The notes: generated by a model from the letters alone, not told the origin. Shown: positions 29,655-38,007, counted from the first letter of the stretch. The stretch is DNA of 64,000 bases from a bacterium (GCA_963600695.1 CAVCBR010000004.1:135-64134); one strand, 5' to 3'. Numbers and translations are program-made.

Positions 29655-29870
29655 TCACTCACAACACAGTTCGCACGGCGTGCGCCCCATGCGTTTCGCT
29701 TTCTCCAAAGAAATCTCCTCTACATCTGCCCTGCAATTCCAAAGACCCTTGCAGTCCTCATCTTCGTGGTACCGTTCCGAGTAGCTACCGGTGCATATCC
29801 ACACTGACTTCTTAGATTTACCACACGAACACAGCAACAGGAGGATGACTAATATGATTGTTTGTTTCAT
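29655..29870 (-). CDS. Small lipoprotein with Cys/His metal-binding motif
   Basis: Lipobox LCSC; VWICTG..S.RYH...C.GL..C...RTPC..C. Confidence 0.75.
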   Translation of the reverse strand: MKQTIILVILLLLCSCGKSKKSVWICTGSYSERYHEDEDCKGLWNCRADVEEISLEKAKRMGRTPCELCCE

Positions 29871-29876
29871 TGTGTC

Positions 29877-30197
29877 TTATATATTCATTGAAAGTAGTAT
29901 TATTGAAGCGATAAACAAGAATGGGAATAGAATAGCAGCTGCCATTTCTAACCAAAAAATTGGCGGCGTTATTGCATATGCGACATCTTTACAGCAATAT
30001 GCTATTAGCGGTATCCACCATAGCGTCTTAAAGCAAGCCCATACGAATAGCCCTATTGTTGCAAAACCGCCAAATCCAGTGCATAACGACAGGTATTCCT
30101 TGAACAAACGGGAACTACCTCTGAACTTCTTGTATCGCGAAGCAGCTAGAAACTGTGTCCAACCTGTGAAAAACAACATAATTATAAAAATCTTCAT
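29877..30197 (-). CDS. Small membrane protein
   Basis: 106 aa with several hydrophobic segments; co-oriented in the accessory operon. Confidence 0.6.
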   Translation of the reverse strand: MKIFIIMLFFTGWTQFLAASRYKKFRGSSRLFKEYLSLCTGFGGFATIGLFVWACFKTLWWIPLIAYCCKDVAYAITPPIFWLEMAAAILFPFLFIASIILLSMNI

Positions 30198-30250
30198 AGC
30201 AATAACTTAATAGGTCATTAATTAATGACTGCATTTAATTGTCTGCTTTT

Positions 30251-30814
30251 CTATTTACCACCTGTTTCGGTAAATAAATCCACGCACTTTCTCACAAAGT
30301 CTTGTTTGTCAGATACGTAGCCATAGTTGTAGTGCATATCCTCCACCCAATTACAAATCATAAATTTCTTATTAAGTGAGTGCTCCATAGCAAAGCATTC
30401 CGCTTTGTGCACCGATGCGTCACAGACATAGCAGATATATTTTGTCTGTCCAATTTCACCATTCGTAGGCAATTCGGTAATCCGGATTATCAAGTCATCG
30501 TGGCTATTAAGCCGGACGCGCTCTATTTTTGACGCGTTCACAAATGACATAATCTTTTTCCCTATTAGCTTCGACATGACAGTTTCCATGTAACCTCTGC
30601 TCTCAAAAATGCTCCAATCGGCTGTTCCTGAATTGTACAGCTTGACCATGTTTGGCGCGATGATTTTCAACATAGCGCGGTTGGCTAAGTCTGTTAGCTT
30701 CATCTCTGCGGCTCGTCGTGCCATATCTCGCTTAAACAACCGGTGTCTTAACGGCGGTATACTCAGTATAATCCGACGCCATAGCCCCGGTTTCGGACAT
30801 TTTTCAGTCTCCAT
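30251..30814 (-). CDS. Hypothetical protein
   Basis: ORF in the repressor operon; start placed at METEK. Confidence 0.6.
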   Translation of the reverse strand: METEKCPKPGLWRRIILSIPPLRHRLFKRDMARRAAEMKLTDLANRAMLKIIAPNMVKLYNSGTADWSIFESRGYMETVMSKLIGKKIMSFVNASKIERVRLNSHDDLIIRITELPTNGEIGQTKYICYVCDASVHKAECFAMEHSLNKKFMICNWVEDMHYNYGYVSDKQDFVRKCVDLFTETGGK

Positions 30815-30818
30815 AGCC

Positions 30819-31232
30819 TTACTCTTGTTTGTCAAGTATCTCCTTTGCAGTTTCCGCTATTTGCTCCCCGACAGTTCCCGGAATAATGTTACTTTTTGAT
30901 GACGGAATATTACAATTTTGGATAACCTTATTGTCTTTGTTATAATCAACAACTTGCAAGATACGGAATGATGTAAAATCGTACGAGAATTCGCATAGCT
31001 GTTTTGATTTCACTGCCTGTGTATCAAATTCCTTTTGAGCCTCTGGTGTCGAATACTCCCACATAATCCAAACTTTGATATAATCATATTTCAATTCTGG
31101 TCTCTTAATGTCATCATAAACAAAAAGCCACCAAGAATAATCCTTCGCATGGTCTGCACAAATCCAACCGTGTCCTTTTGCAAAAGCAAATATGGGTACA
31201 ACCATAAGGAACAGCAATAATAACCTTTTCAT
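30819..31232 (-). CDS. Secreted protein, surface-adhesin-E-like
   Basis: Signal peptide; IKVWI...C...IIPGTVGE pattern. Confidence 0.55.
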   Translation of the reverse strand: MKRLLLLFLMVVPIFAFAKGHGWICADHAKDYSWWLFVYDDIKRPELKYDYIKVWIMWEYSTPEAQKEFDTQAVKSKQLCEFSYDFTSFRILQVVDYNKDNKVIQNCNIPSSKSNIIPGTVGEQIAETAKEILDKQE

Positions 31233-31633
31233 TTCTCCACCATCCTTTCGTAAACCTTTATCAGTCTCTCTTTTTCCGCAAGCAAGGCTTCCAACGCCTT
31301 TACACGCTCCGCCAACACTACATCTGTGTCAACCGATACATTGTTGTTGATATTGTTATGTGCCCCATGTCCGTTTACTTGGTTGTTGCTACCCGAAACT
31401 GACACAACTGTTGATGTACCGGATAAATCGTCTGTGTACTCTTTGAAAAAGTTATAATCCAGCGCTTCGCATATCGCTACAAGTTTATCTGTATCAATAC
31501 TTGTTTTATCAAGTATTCTATTCACATTTTGTTGCGGCACACCTATTTTCCTGCCAAATTCAGCCTTAGACATACCAAGTTCATTAAGCTTTTGCTCAAT
31601 GCTTAAGCCAATGTTTATTTTCTCAATTTTCAT
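31229..31633 (-). CDS. XRE-family HTH prophage repressor
   Basis: GMSKAEFGRKIGVPQQNVNRIL HTH, C-terminal coiled coil; divergent from the cro-like gene. Confidence 0.88.
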   Translation of the reverse strand: MKIEKINIGLSIEQKLNELGMSKAEFGRKIGVPQQNVNRILDKTSIDTDKLVAICEALDYNFFKEYTDDLSGTSTVVSVSGSNNQVNGHGAHNNINNNVSVDTDVVLAERVKALEALLAEKERLIKVYERMVEK

Positions 31634-31737
31634 AAGCAACTTTGATTTGTATAATCATAATACAGTTAATAATTCTTAAAATTAAAACAGAAACATAATC
31701 GCTTTTGATGTATATAAATCTATTTTGATTACCTTTG
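31634..31737. promoter_or_regulatory. Lysis-lysogeny switch: three AATC-N6-GATT-like operators and rightward promoter
   Basis: AAGCaactttGATT 31634-47, AATCgcttttGATG 31697-710, AATCtattttGATT 31717-30; TACCTTTG 31730-37. Confidence 0.55.
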
Positions 31738-31776
31738 CACCATAAAGTTACAAAAACCCAATCAAAAACCAAACAG

Positions 31777-31971
31777 ATGGAACTCAAAAAACTTAAAATT
31801 CAATCACTTCCCGATGCGCTCAGAGCCATGAGCGTGGGCGAAACATGCATCGCCCCCGATGACCGCGCAAAAGAGTATGTCAAAAGCGCGTGCACATACC
31901 TCAAAGCCGAAGGCTACATATTCACAACAACAACCAAAACCGGCGTGATGACAATAACTCGCCTCAAATAA
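31777..31971 (+). CDS. Cro-like small DNA-binding protein
   Basis: First gene of the rightward operon; LRAMSVGE...VMTITRLK. Confidence 0.65.
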   Translation: MELKKLKIQSLPDALRAMSVGETCIAPDDRAKEYVKSACTYLKAEGYIFTTTTKTGVMTITRLK

Positions 31972-31987
31972 CAGCTTCCAAACAACA

Positions 31988-32281
31988 ATGAAGCGCAAAA
32001 AACTTGACATAGGAGATCCCTGCAACCTCGTCAGTTCATGCTCAGAACCGGACGAGTTGCTCAGAATAGAATGTGATATGGCTATTCCTTACGATATATG
32101 GGACATCGACACCAAACAACAGATCTATCGCCCGCTGACAAAGAAAGAACGCAGAGAATTCATATACTGCGTGTTGTACTATGGACGATCATCTATATGG
32201 TATCGACTTTTCAAAATTCTAATCTTCTCATTGACCAAGCGAATATACCCATCACAAGGCAAGCCTGTAAGTCCACGATGA
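31988..32281 (+). CDS. Hypothetical protein
   Basis: 97-aa ORF with A-rich leader; 3' end overlaps an antisense ORF. Confidence 0.45.
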   Translation: MKRKKLDIGDPCNLVSSCSEPDELLRIECDMAIPYDIWDIDTKQQIYRPLTKKERREFIYCVLYYGRSSIWYRLFKILIFSLTKRIYPSQGKPVSPR

Positions 32282-32415
32282 AATCTCGGCACGGAAACCT
32301 CACCATTGCCCATAAGTCTGAAACTTACGCCATGATAGCCGCCACAATCAGGGCAAACCATCATATCACATTCACGGCAGAGTCTTTCCACCACAATAGA
32401 AAATTCTTCATTCAT
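32179..32415 (-). CDS. Cys-rich small protein antisense to the early operon
   Basis: CREC..CPDC motifs; own TAATTTTG element at 32442-32449 (minus strand). Confidence 0.55.
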   Translation of the reverse strand: MNEEFSIVVERLCRECDMMVCPDCGGYHGVSFRLMGNGEVSVPRFHRGLTGLPCDGYIRLVNEKIRILKSRYHIDDRP

Positions 32416-32524
32416 AACTCTTGATTTTAAGTTTGCTACAACAAAATTAAGAAAATCCCCCGAAAAGCGTTGAGCGCCACTTCAATGTGGTCGGGGGAGC
32501 AAAATCAAAAAAAACAATTTAGTC

Positions 32525-32791
32525 ATGAAAACGACAAACATCACAATCTCTCTGTTGCGCATAGCATCACTGCTGACACTCGCAACATTCGGCTTCATTC
32601 TTCTCATCGGCGAAGAACAAGACCAAAACCCCACACTCTTCCTCCTCCACATGCTCCTCGACAAAGCATTGGCAGCCGCCGCAATCTATGCCGCCTATCG
32701 ACTCTACAAACGCTGGCGCACAAACGACAAATACATCAACTCCATCGACCGCTGGTGCCAAAGCGGATTTGAAACAGACAACGAATTTTAA
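32525..32791 (+). CDS. Two-TM phage membrane protein
   Basis: Two hydrophobic helices followed by a basic tail. Confidence 0.7.
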   Translation: MKTTNITISLLRIASLLTLATFGFILLIGEEQDQNPTLFLLHMLLDKALAAAAIYAAYRLYKRWRTNDKYINSIDRWCQSGFETDNEF

Positions 32792-32803
32792 AACCATACC
32801 TTT

Positions 32804-33082
32804 ATGAACAAACGAACAACTCTCACCTACCAACAACGCCTCAACCGCTGCGACTTGCTACAAGTACTTGAAGTCGGCGATGTCGCCGTCATGCTCAACC
32901 TCTCAGAGTCTCGCGTGAGACACCTCACCCAAGACCGACTCATACCCCACTATCGCAATAGCCGCGGTCAGATAACGTTCCTCAAATCCGAAGTTGAAAA
33001 ATATCAACTCGGTACACGCGTCCCCACCGCCGCCGAGCTCGAAGCACAAGCCGCCACATACAACGTCATCGGCAAGCGATGA
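32804..33082 (+). CDS. Excisionase-like HTH_17 protein
   Basis: DVAVMLNLSESRVRHL...IPHYR...FLKSEVE. Confidence 0.85.
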   Translation: MNKRTTLTYQQRLNRCDLLQVLEVGDVAVMLNLSESRVRHLTQDRLIPHYRNSRGQITFLKSEVEKYQLGTRVPTAAELEAQAATYNVIGKR

Positions 33083-33188
33083 GACAACAGTCATAACAAC
33101 AAAAACAGGTCTTAGCATGCCTCGCCCCGGCACCTTTTTTGGTTTTTGTTCAACGAACATTTTCTGCACGTTATCAGCCGGGGCATCT

Positions 33189-33279
33189 GTGAGGGAAAGC
33201 ATGACATGGCTCCATGTCCGGTCGCTACTCAAAATCCGCCAGACCGAGACCGCAGGTTCGACTCCTGCCCCTCACACCA
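33189..33279 (+). ncRNA. tRNA-like RNA with an enlarged (18-nt) anticodon loop
   Basis: Acceptor GTGAGGG/CCCTCAC + A + CCA; D arm; CGGTC/GACCG stem; AGACC variable loop; GCAGG-TTCGACT-CCTGC T arm. Confidence 0.7.
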
Positions 33280-33313
33280 CGAACATAAACAAACTCAAAA
33301 AATATTCACCGCA

Positions 33314-35323
33314 ATGAACAGAATAATCATCAAAACGCTGAAACTCGTCAACTTCAAAGGAGTGCGAGACCTGACAATCAATTTCAACGAAGTGCAGACA
33401 AACATCTATGGACGCAACGGCTCCGGCAAAACGACCATCTTTGACGCTTTCACTTGGCTGTTGTTCGGCAAAGACAGCAACGACCGCAAGCAATTTGACT
33501 TAAAGACGCTTGATAAAGACGGCAACATCATTCCGCAGCTGCCACACGAAGTCAGCGCCGTCATTCTATACAATGACGCCGAAATCAGACTTATGCGCCG
33601 TTTCACTGAAAAGTGGGTAAAACGTGCCGGCAAAGTTGACAAAGAATTTGACGGCAACAAGGAAGAACGTTTCATCAACGATGTGCCGGTATCAAAGAAA
33701 GAATACGAAGAACGCATTGCCGACATCTGCCGCGAAGATGTCTTCAAGTTCATCACGTCTCCGACATACTTCACTTCACAAAAAGCCGAAGCACAGAAAG
33801 CCATGCTACATCAAATGGCTGGAAGCATCACAGATGCCGAAGTCGCAGCAGGCAACAGCGATTTTGAACAGCTGCTCGATACAATCACCGGCAAATCGCT
33901 TGCTGACTACAAGCGAGAAATAGCGTCGAAGAAGTCACACATCAACGCTGAAATCACAGACCTGCCCGGGCGCATCGACGAGAAGCAGCGCGACATCGCG
34001 AAAGCAGAAGCCGAAGCTGACGATTGGGCGATACTTGAAGCAGAGTTGAAACAGAAACGCGAAGCACGCGCCGCGCTTGACGCCCAAATTGAAGATGTTG
34101 CAGAACAGCAACGCGCCGCCGACTACTTGCGTGCGCAAATCATTCGCTACCTGTCTGACCTGAAAGCAAGTCAGCAGATGCGCATCAGCGAAATTAAAGG
34201 AAAAGTCACTGCCGACTACTACCAAGCGAGCGGCAAACGTCAAGAACTTATGATGAATGTGCGACAACTGCAACAGCAAATCGAATATCAACAGCGAGCA
34301 ATCGCGGCACATCAGGCAGAAGTTCAGCAATGCGAAACCAAGCGCGGTGTTCTCATAGACGAGTGGAAGCGGTTAAACGACGAACGCGCCACAATCGCCG
34401 CAGAACAGCTTAAAATCGACGAAACGGCATTTGTCTGTCCTACTTGTCACAGACCGCTTGACGTAGATGACATCGAAGAAAAAGAAGCACTGCTACATAA
34501 GAATTTTGAAGCCGAGCGTGCGGAACGTCTTGCACGTGTCGCTGACGCTATTGAACGCAACAAACGCAACGGCATAGCCAACAACGAGCGCAAGACGAGT
34601 TGTTTGTCTGACATAGAAGCAGCACAGACGTACATCGAAAATACACGCAAACAAATCGCCGACATAGAGACTCTTCCCGAATACACCGCAGAACTGTTAC
34701 AGCCCGATGCGTCAGCCGCAATTGCGGCAGATGAACAGCTGAAACAGATAAGCATCGACATCGCCAAGACCGAAGAAGAGCTGAACGCTGAGTCAGAAAA
34801 GCATAGCGATGATGTTTCAGAACTGAAAGACGCACGCGAACTGTTGACCGAAGCGATTGAAGAACTCATTGCAAAACTCGCACGACGCACCGACATTGAC
34901 GCAGACCGCCGCCGTCTTGCCGACCTCGAAGCTCAGATGCAAACCTTGAATGTCGAACTGTCGGAACTCGAAAAACAGGAGTTTGTCATCGCCGAGTTCA
35001 GCAAGGCACGCAATATGGCTATCGAAGCACGCATCAACGGATTGTTTAAGCACGTGCGTTTCCGTTGGCTGTCAGTCGCCATCAACGGAACAGAAAGCGA
35101 GACATGCGAAGCGACAATCAACGGCGTCCCATACGCATCACTTAACCATGCCGGACAAATCATAGCCGGGCTTGACATCATCAACGCAATATGTCGCTCA
35201 CAAAGCGTATGCGCCCCGATATTCATCGACAACGCGGAAAGCATCAACGACCTCATTCCGATGCAGTCGCAGATAATCAACCTCATAGTTTCACGTGACG
35301 AGCATCTGCGCGTGGAAGCATAA
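33314..35323 (+). CDS. SbcC/Rad50-like AAA ATPase
   Basis: Walker A GRNGSGKT, long coiled coil, CPTC zinc hook, IFIDNAE Walker B; start at MNRIII. Confidence 0.9.
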   Translation: MNRIIIKTLKLVNFKGVRDLTINFNEVQTNIYGRNGSGKTTIFDAFTWLLFGKDSNDRKQFDLKTLDKDGNIIPQLPHEVSAVILYNDAEIRLMRRFTEKWVKRAGKVDKEFDGNKEERFINDVPVSKKEYEERIADICREDVFKFITSPTYFTSQKAEAQKAMLHQMAGSITDAEVAAGNSDFEQLLDTITGKSLADYKREIASKKSHINAEITDLPGRIDEKQRDIAKAEAEADDWAILEAELKQKREARAALDAQIEDVAEQQRAADYLRAQIIRYLSDLKASQQMRISEIKGKVTADYYQASGKRQELMMNVRQLQQQIEYQQRAIAAHQAEVQQCETKRGVLIDEWKRLNDERATIAAEQLKIDETAFVCPTCHRPLDVDDIEEKEALLHKNFEAERAERLARVADAIERNKRNGIANNERKTSCLSDIEAAQTYIENTRKQIADIETLPEYTAELLQPDASAAIAADEQLKQISIDIAKTEEELNAESEKHSDDVSELKDARELLTEAIEELIAKLARRTDIDADRRRLADLEAQMQTLNVELSELEKQEFVIAEFSKARNMAIEARINGLFKHVRFRWLSVAINGTESETCEATINGVPYASLNHAGQIIAGLDIINAICRSQSVCAPIFIDNAESINDLIPMQSQIINLIVSRDEHLRVEA

Positions 35324-35357
35324 TCAACACAAGTTTCACATCTAAATTCACCGCAAA

Positions 35358-36335
35358 ATGGCTGAAAACAACCAAATCGCACAGACGCCGCAATCGAACG
35401 GCGGTCTTGCCAAACTGAAAACCATTCTGAACGCGCCAAGCGTACAAGAACAATTCCAGAACGCGCTTGCTGAAAACAAAGACCTTTTCGTTGCAAGCAT
35501 CATCGACCTCTACAACGGCGACGCATCACTACAAACATGCAATCCGTCAGCAATCGTGTCAGAAGCGCTGAAAGCCGCCGTTCTTGACCTGCCAATCAAC
35601 CGCGCACTCGGCTTCGCGTACATCGTTGTCTACAAGAACAAGAAAAAAGTGACCGACCCGCAGACCGGTCGCACTGATTGGGTAGTCGAGCCGACCCCGA
35701 CATTCATACCCGGCTACAAGGGCTATATTCAGCTCGCTATGCGTACAGGTCAGTATCGCACCATCAACGCGGACTTCGTGTATGAAGGTGAACTACGCAC
35801 AACGAACAGACTGTCAGGTGAAGTCGCACTTGACGGCAAGCGCATATCTGACAAAATCGTCGGCTACTTCTGTTACTTCGAGCTTCTGAACGGTTACAGC
35901 AAAACGCTGTATATGTCAGTCGAAGACATGGCGAAGTACGCCAAGCGATACGCGCCCGGCATCAAGCGCGACACTATAATTGCGCAGCTCGTCGCAAAAG
36001 CGAACGACGGCATTGTTTCAAAGGCTGTCGGTTGGGAAGGCAACTTCAACGACATGGCTCTGAAGACAGTCATTCGCCGCGTGTTGTCAAAGTACGGCTA
36101 TCTGTCAATCAAGATGCAGAACGCAATCACGGCTGATGACAATGCTTCGCAGCACGCACTCATCGCACGTGACGAAGCACTGCAAATCGCAGACGCGAAA
36201 ACGCTTGACCTTGACGCTTCGACTGTCGAGTATGAAGAAGTAGTCGATGAAAGCACCGGCGAAGTTTCAACGCACGCTCAAACCGTGCCTGAAACGGCTC
36301 CGCAACCATTAGCAGAAGACGTTCCCGGGTACTAA
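35358..36335 (+). CDS. recT: RecT-family ssDNA annealing protein
   Basis: AAVLDLPI..LGFAYIV, GYKGYIQLAMRTGQYR, MALKTV. Confidence 0.92.
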   Translation: MAENNQIAQTPQSNGGLAKLKTILNAPSVQEQFQNALAENKDLFVASIIDLYNGDASLQTCNPSAIVSEALKAAVLDLPINRALGFAYIVVYKNKKKVTDPQTGRTDWVVEPTPTFIPGYKGYIQLAMRTGQYRTINADFVYEGELRTTNRLSGEVALDGKRISDKIVGYFCYFELLNGYSKTLYMSVEDMAKYAKRYAPGIKRDTIIAQLVAKANDGIVSKAVGWEGNFNDMALKTVIRRVLSKYGYLSIKMQNAITADDNASQHALIARDEALQIADAKTLDLDASTVEYEEVVDESTGEVSTHAQTVPETAPQPLAEDVPGY

Positions 36336-36353
36336 TCGACAGCATAATTCACG

Positions 36354-37091
36354 ATGAAACTTTCAGTTCTCGGCTCATCTTCATCAGGCAACGGCTACAT
36401 CCTTGAAGCGTCTGACGGCGTGCTTGTAATCGAGTGCGGTGTGCCGCTTATCGAAGTCAAGAAAGCGATTGATTTCAAGATTGGGCGCATCGCAGGCGCG
36501 ATTGTGACGCATCAGCACGGCGACCATGCAAAGTTCATCGGAGAATACCTGAAATGCGGCATCCGTGTGTGTGCGCTGCAAGACGTGTTTGACGCGCACA
36601 CACCTATGCGGCGCACATTCTGCAAGACAATCGAGCCGATGCACGGCTACCGCATAGGTTCGTTCAAAGTGTTCGCTGTGCCTGTCGCACATGATGTGCC
36701 GTGCGTCGGTTACGTAATCGAACACGCTGAAATGGGAAAGTTGCTGTTCGTCACCGACACGATGCTGTTTGAATATCGCTTCAAGGGTCTCAACCACATC
36801 ATGCTTGAAGCGAACTATTCTGACGAAATACTTGACTACAACATCGAGAATGGGATCACCCCGGCATCAATGCGCTCACGTCTTCTGACTTCACACATGG
36901 AAATCAAGACGACTGAAAGCATCTTACAGACAACAGCCCTTGACAGCGTGAACGAAATAATTCTGATACATCTATCCGATAAGAACAGTGACGCAGACGC
37001 TTTCAGACAGCGCATCATGCAGAAGACCGGCAAGCCGGTAATCATCGCAAAGCGCGGCGTGTCTGTCGAAGTATCAAAAGAACCGTATTAA
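36354..37091 (+). CDS. MBL-fold metallo-hydrolase (putative exonuclease)
   Basis: GSSSSGN, THQHGDH, HD, TDT, EANY, HLS. Confidence 0.9.
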   Translation: MKLSVLGSSSSGNGYILEASDGVLVIECGVPLIEVKKAIDFKIGRIAGAIVTHQHGDHAKFIGEYLKCGIRVCALQDVFDAHTPMRRTFCKTIEPMHGYRIGSFKVFAVPVAHDVPCVGYVIEHAEMGKLLFVTDTMLFEYRFKGLNHIMLEANYSDEILDYNIENGITPASMRSRLLTSHMEIKTTESILQTTALDSVNEIILIHLSDKNSDADAFRQRIMQKTGKPVIIAKRGVSVEVSKEPY

Positions 37092-37102
37092 ATAAAATTA
37101 CA

Positions 37103-37738
37103 ATGTCACATAAAACATTTAAACTCAATCAGAAAGTGACCGTCTTCGACCAAGCCGGTACAATCACAGAAGTCATCGATGCAACCGAACCGCATTTGTA
37201 TAGCGTGACGTTTGATGAAACAGGCAAGCAGTACACAATCGAAGCGGCGCACATCGAAGCTGTGCGTGATGAACGCCCTGCAATCGAACGCATCAAGACG
37301 TTTGAAGATGCTTGCAACGAGTTGGGCAAAGACCATCCTTTGGTTCTCGCTTATCAGAATACCAATCTGAGAGACAAGGAGGTTGCAGACGATAACAAGG
37401 ACATCATCGCCTATCTCAAACTTCGCATCATCGTGGCAGCATTGAATGAAGGCTGGCATCCACAATTCACACTTGAAGAACGCCGTTGGTATCCATACTA
37501 TAAAATTCTGACCAATGATGAGGTAGAAGAAATGTCCGAAGAAGAAAAAAGCCGTGTTGTTGGTCGTGCAGGTAGCAACGCGGTTGCTGATGGCGGTCTC
37601 GTTTACACGGATACTTATGGCGCTTCTTCGGTATCGAGCGCGGGCAACAACTATCGGCTTGCATTCAAGTCTGCCAACTTGGCAGAGTATGCAGGAACTC
37701 AGTTCATCGACATCTTTGCTGACTTATATTTAACATGA
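37103..37738 (+). CDS. Phage protein with C-terminal DGR-type variable region
   Basis: ERIKTFEDAC...LNEGW core, then RVVGR..GGL.Y.....SS.S.....RLAF. Confidence 0.75.
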   Translation: MSHKTFKLNQKVTVFDQAGTITEVIDATEPHLYSVTFDETGKQYTIEAAHIEAVRDERPAIERIKTFEDACNELGKDHPLVLAYQNTNLRDKEVADDNKDIIAYLKLRIIVAALNEGWHPQFTLEERRWYPYYKILTNDEVEEMSEEEKSRVVGRAGSNAVADGGLVYTDTYGASSVSSAGNNYRLAFKSANLAEYAGTQFIDIFADLYLT

Positions 37739-37827
37739 ACAATTGGATTAAGATAAGTCGCGACTTGCGCAAGCATTGGCTGTGGACTGATGCGGCGCGT
37801 TTGATAACCGACAGCCCACAGCTATGA
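37735..37827 (+). pseudogene. Truncated N-terminus of a phage replication initiator
   Basis: MNNWIKISRDLRKHWLWTDAARL then a stop at 30 aa; ATGA-coupled at both ends. Confidence 0.55.
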
Positions 37828-38003
37828 TCACCATCAGCAACAGCGACCGCGATCGCGCCGTGGAATGCCTTCGCGCATACGCCGCGACAATACCGCGCGA
37901 CGCCACAACGTCCACGCGGCTCACCAACACGCGGCGCCTGGCTCTGAACCTCGCCAAGAAGTTAGAGCGCAAACGCCAGACAACCATCGATAACAACAGA
38001 TAA
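37824..38003 (+). CDS. 59-aa hypothetical protein (MITISNSDRDRAVECLR...), not in ORF track
   Basis: ATGA-coupled start, open to TAA at 38001-38003, basic helical sequence. Confidence 0.65.
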   Translation: MITISNSDRDRAVECLRAYAATIPRDATTSTRLTNTRRLALNLAKKLERKRQTTIDNNR

Positions 38004-38007
38004 CCCC

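Noticed and set aside
33189..33279. tRNA-Sec or a UGA/UAG suppressor (TCA and CTA triplets in the loop)
   Set aside because: Neither triplet can be centred in a 7-nt loop with a paired stem and U33, and there is no long variable arm.
33146..33313. N-terminal extension of the AAA ATPase in the ORF track
   Set aside because: It overlaps the structured RNAs; homology begins at ATG 33314. Similar over-extensions were trimmed for ORFs listed from 14252, 38737, 41964 and 56057.
37778..37817. Hammerhead-like CTGATG inside a GGCTGT/ACAGCC stem
   Set aside because: It lacks the CUGANGA/GAAA core and lies inside the replication-initiator stub.
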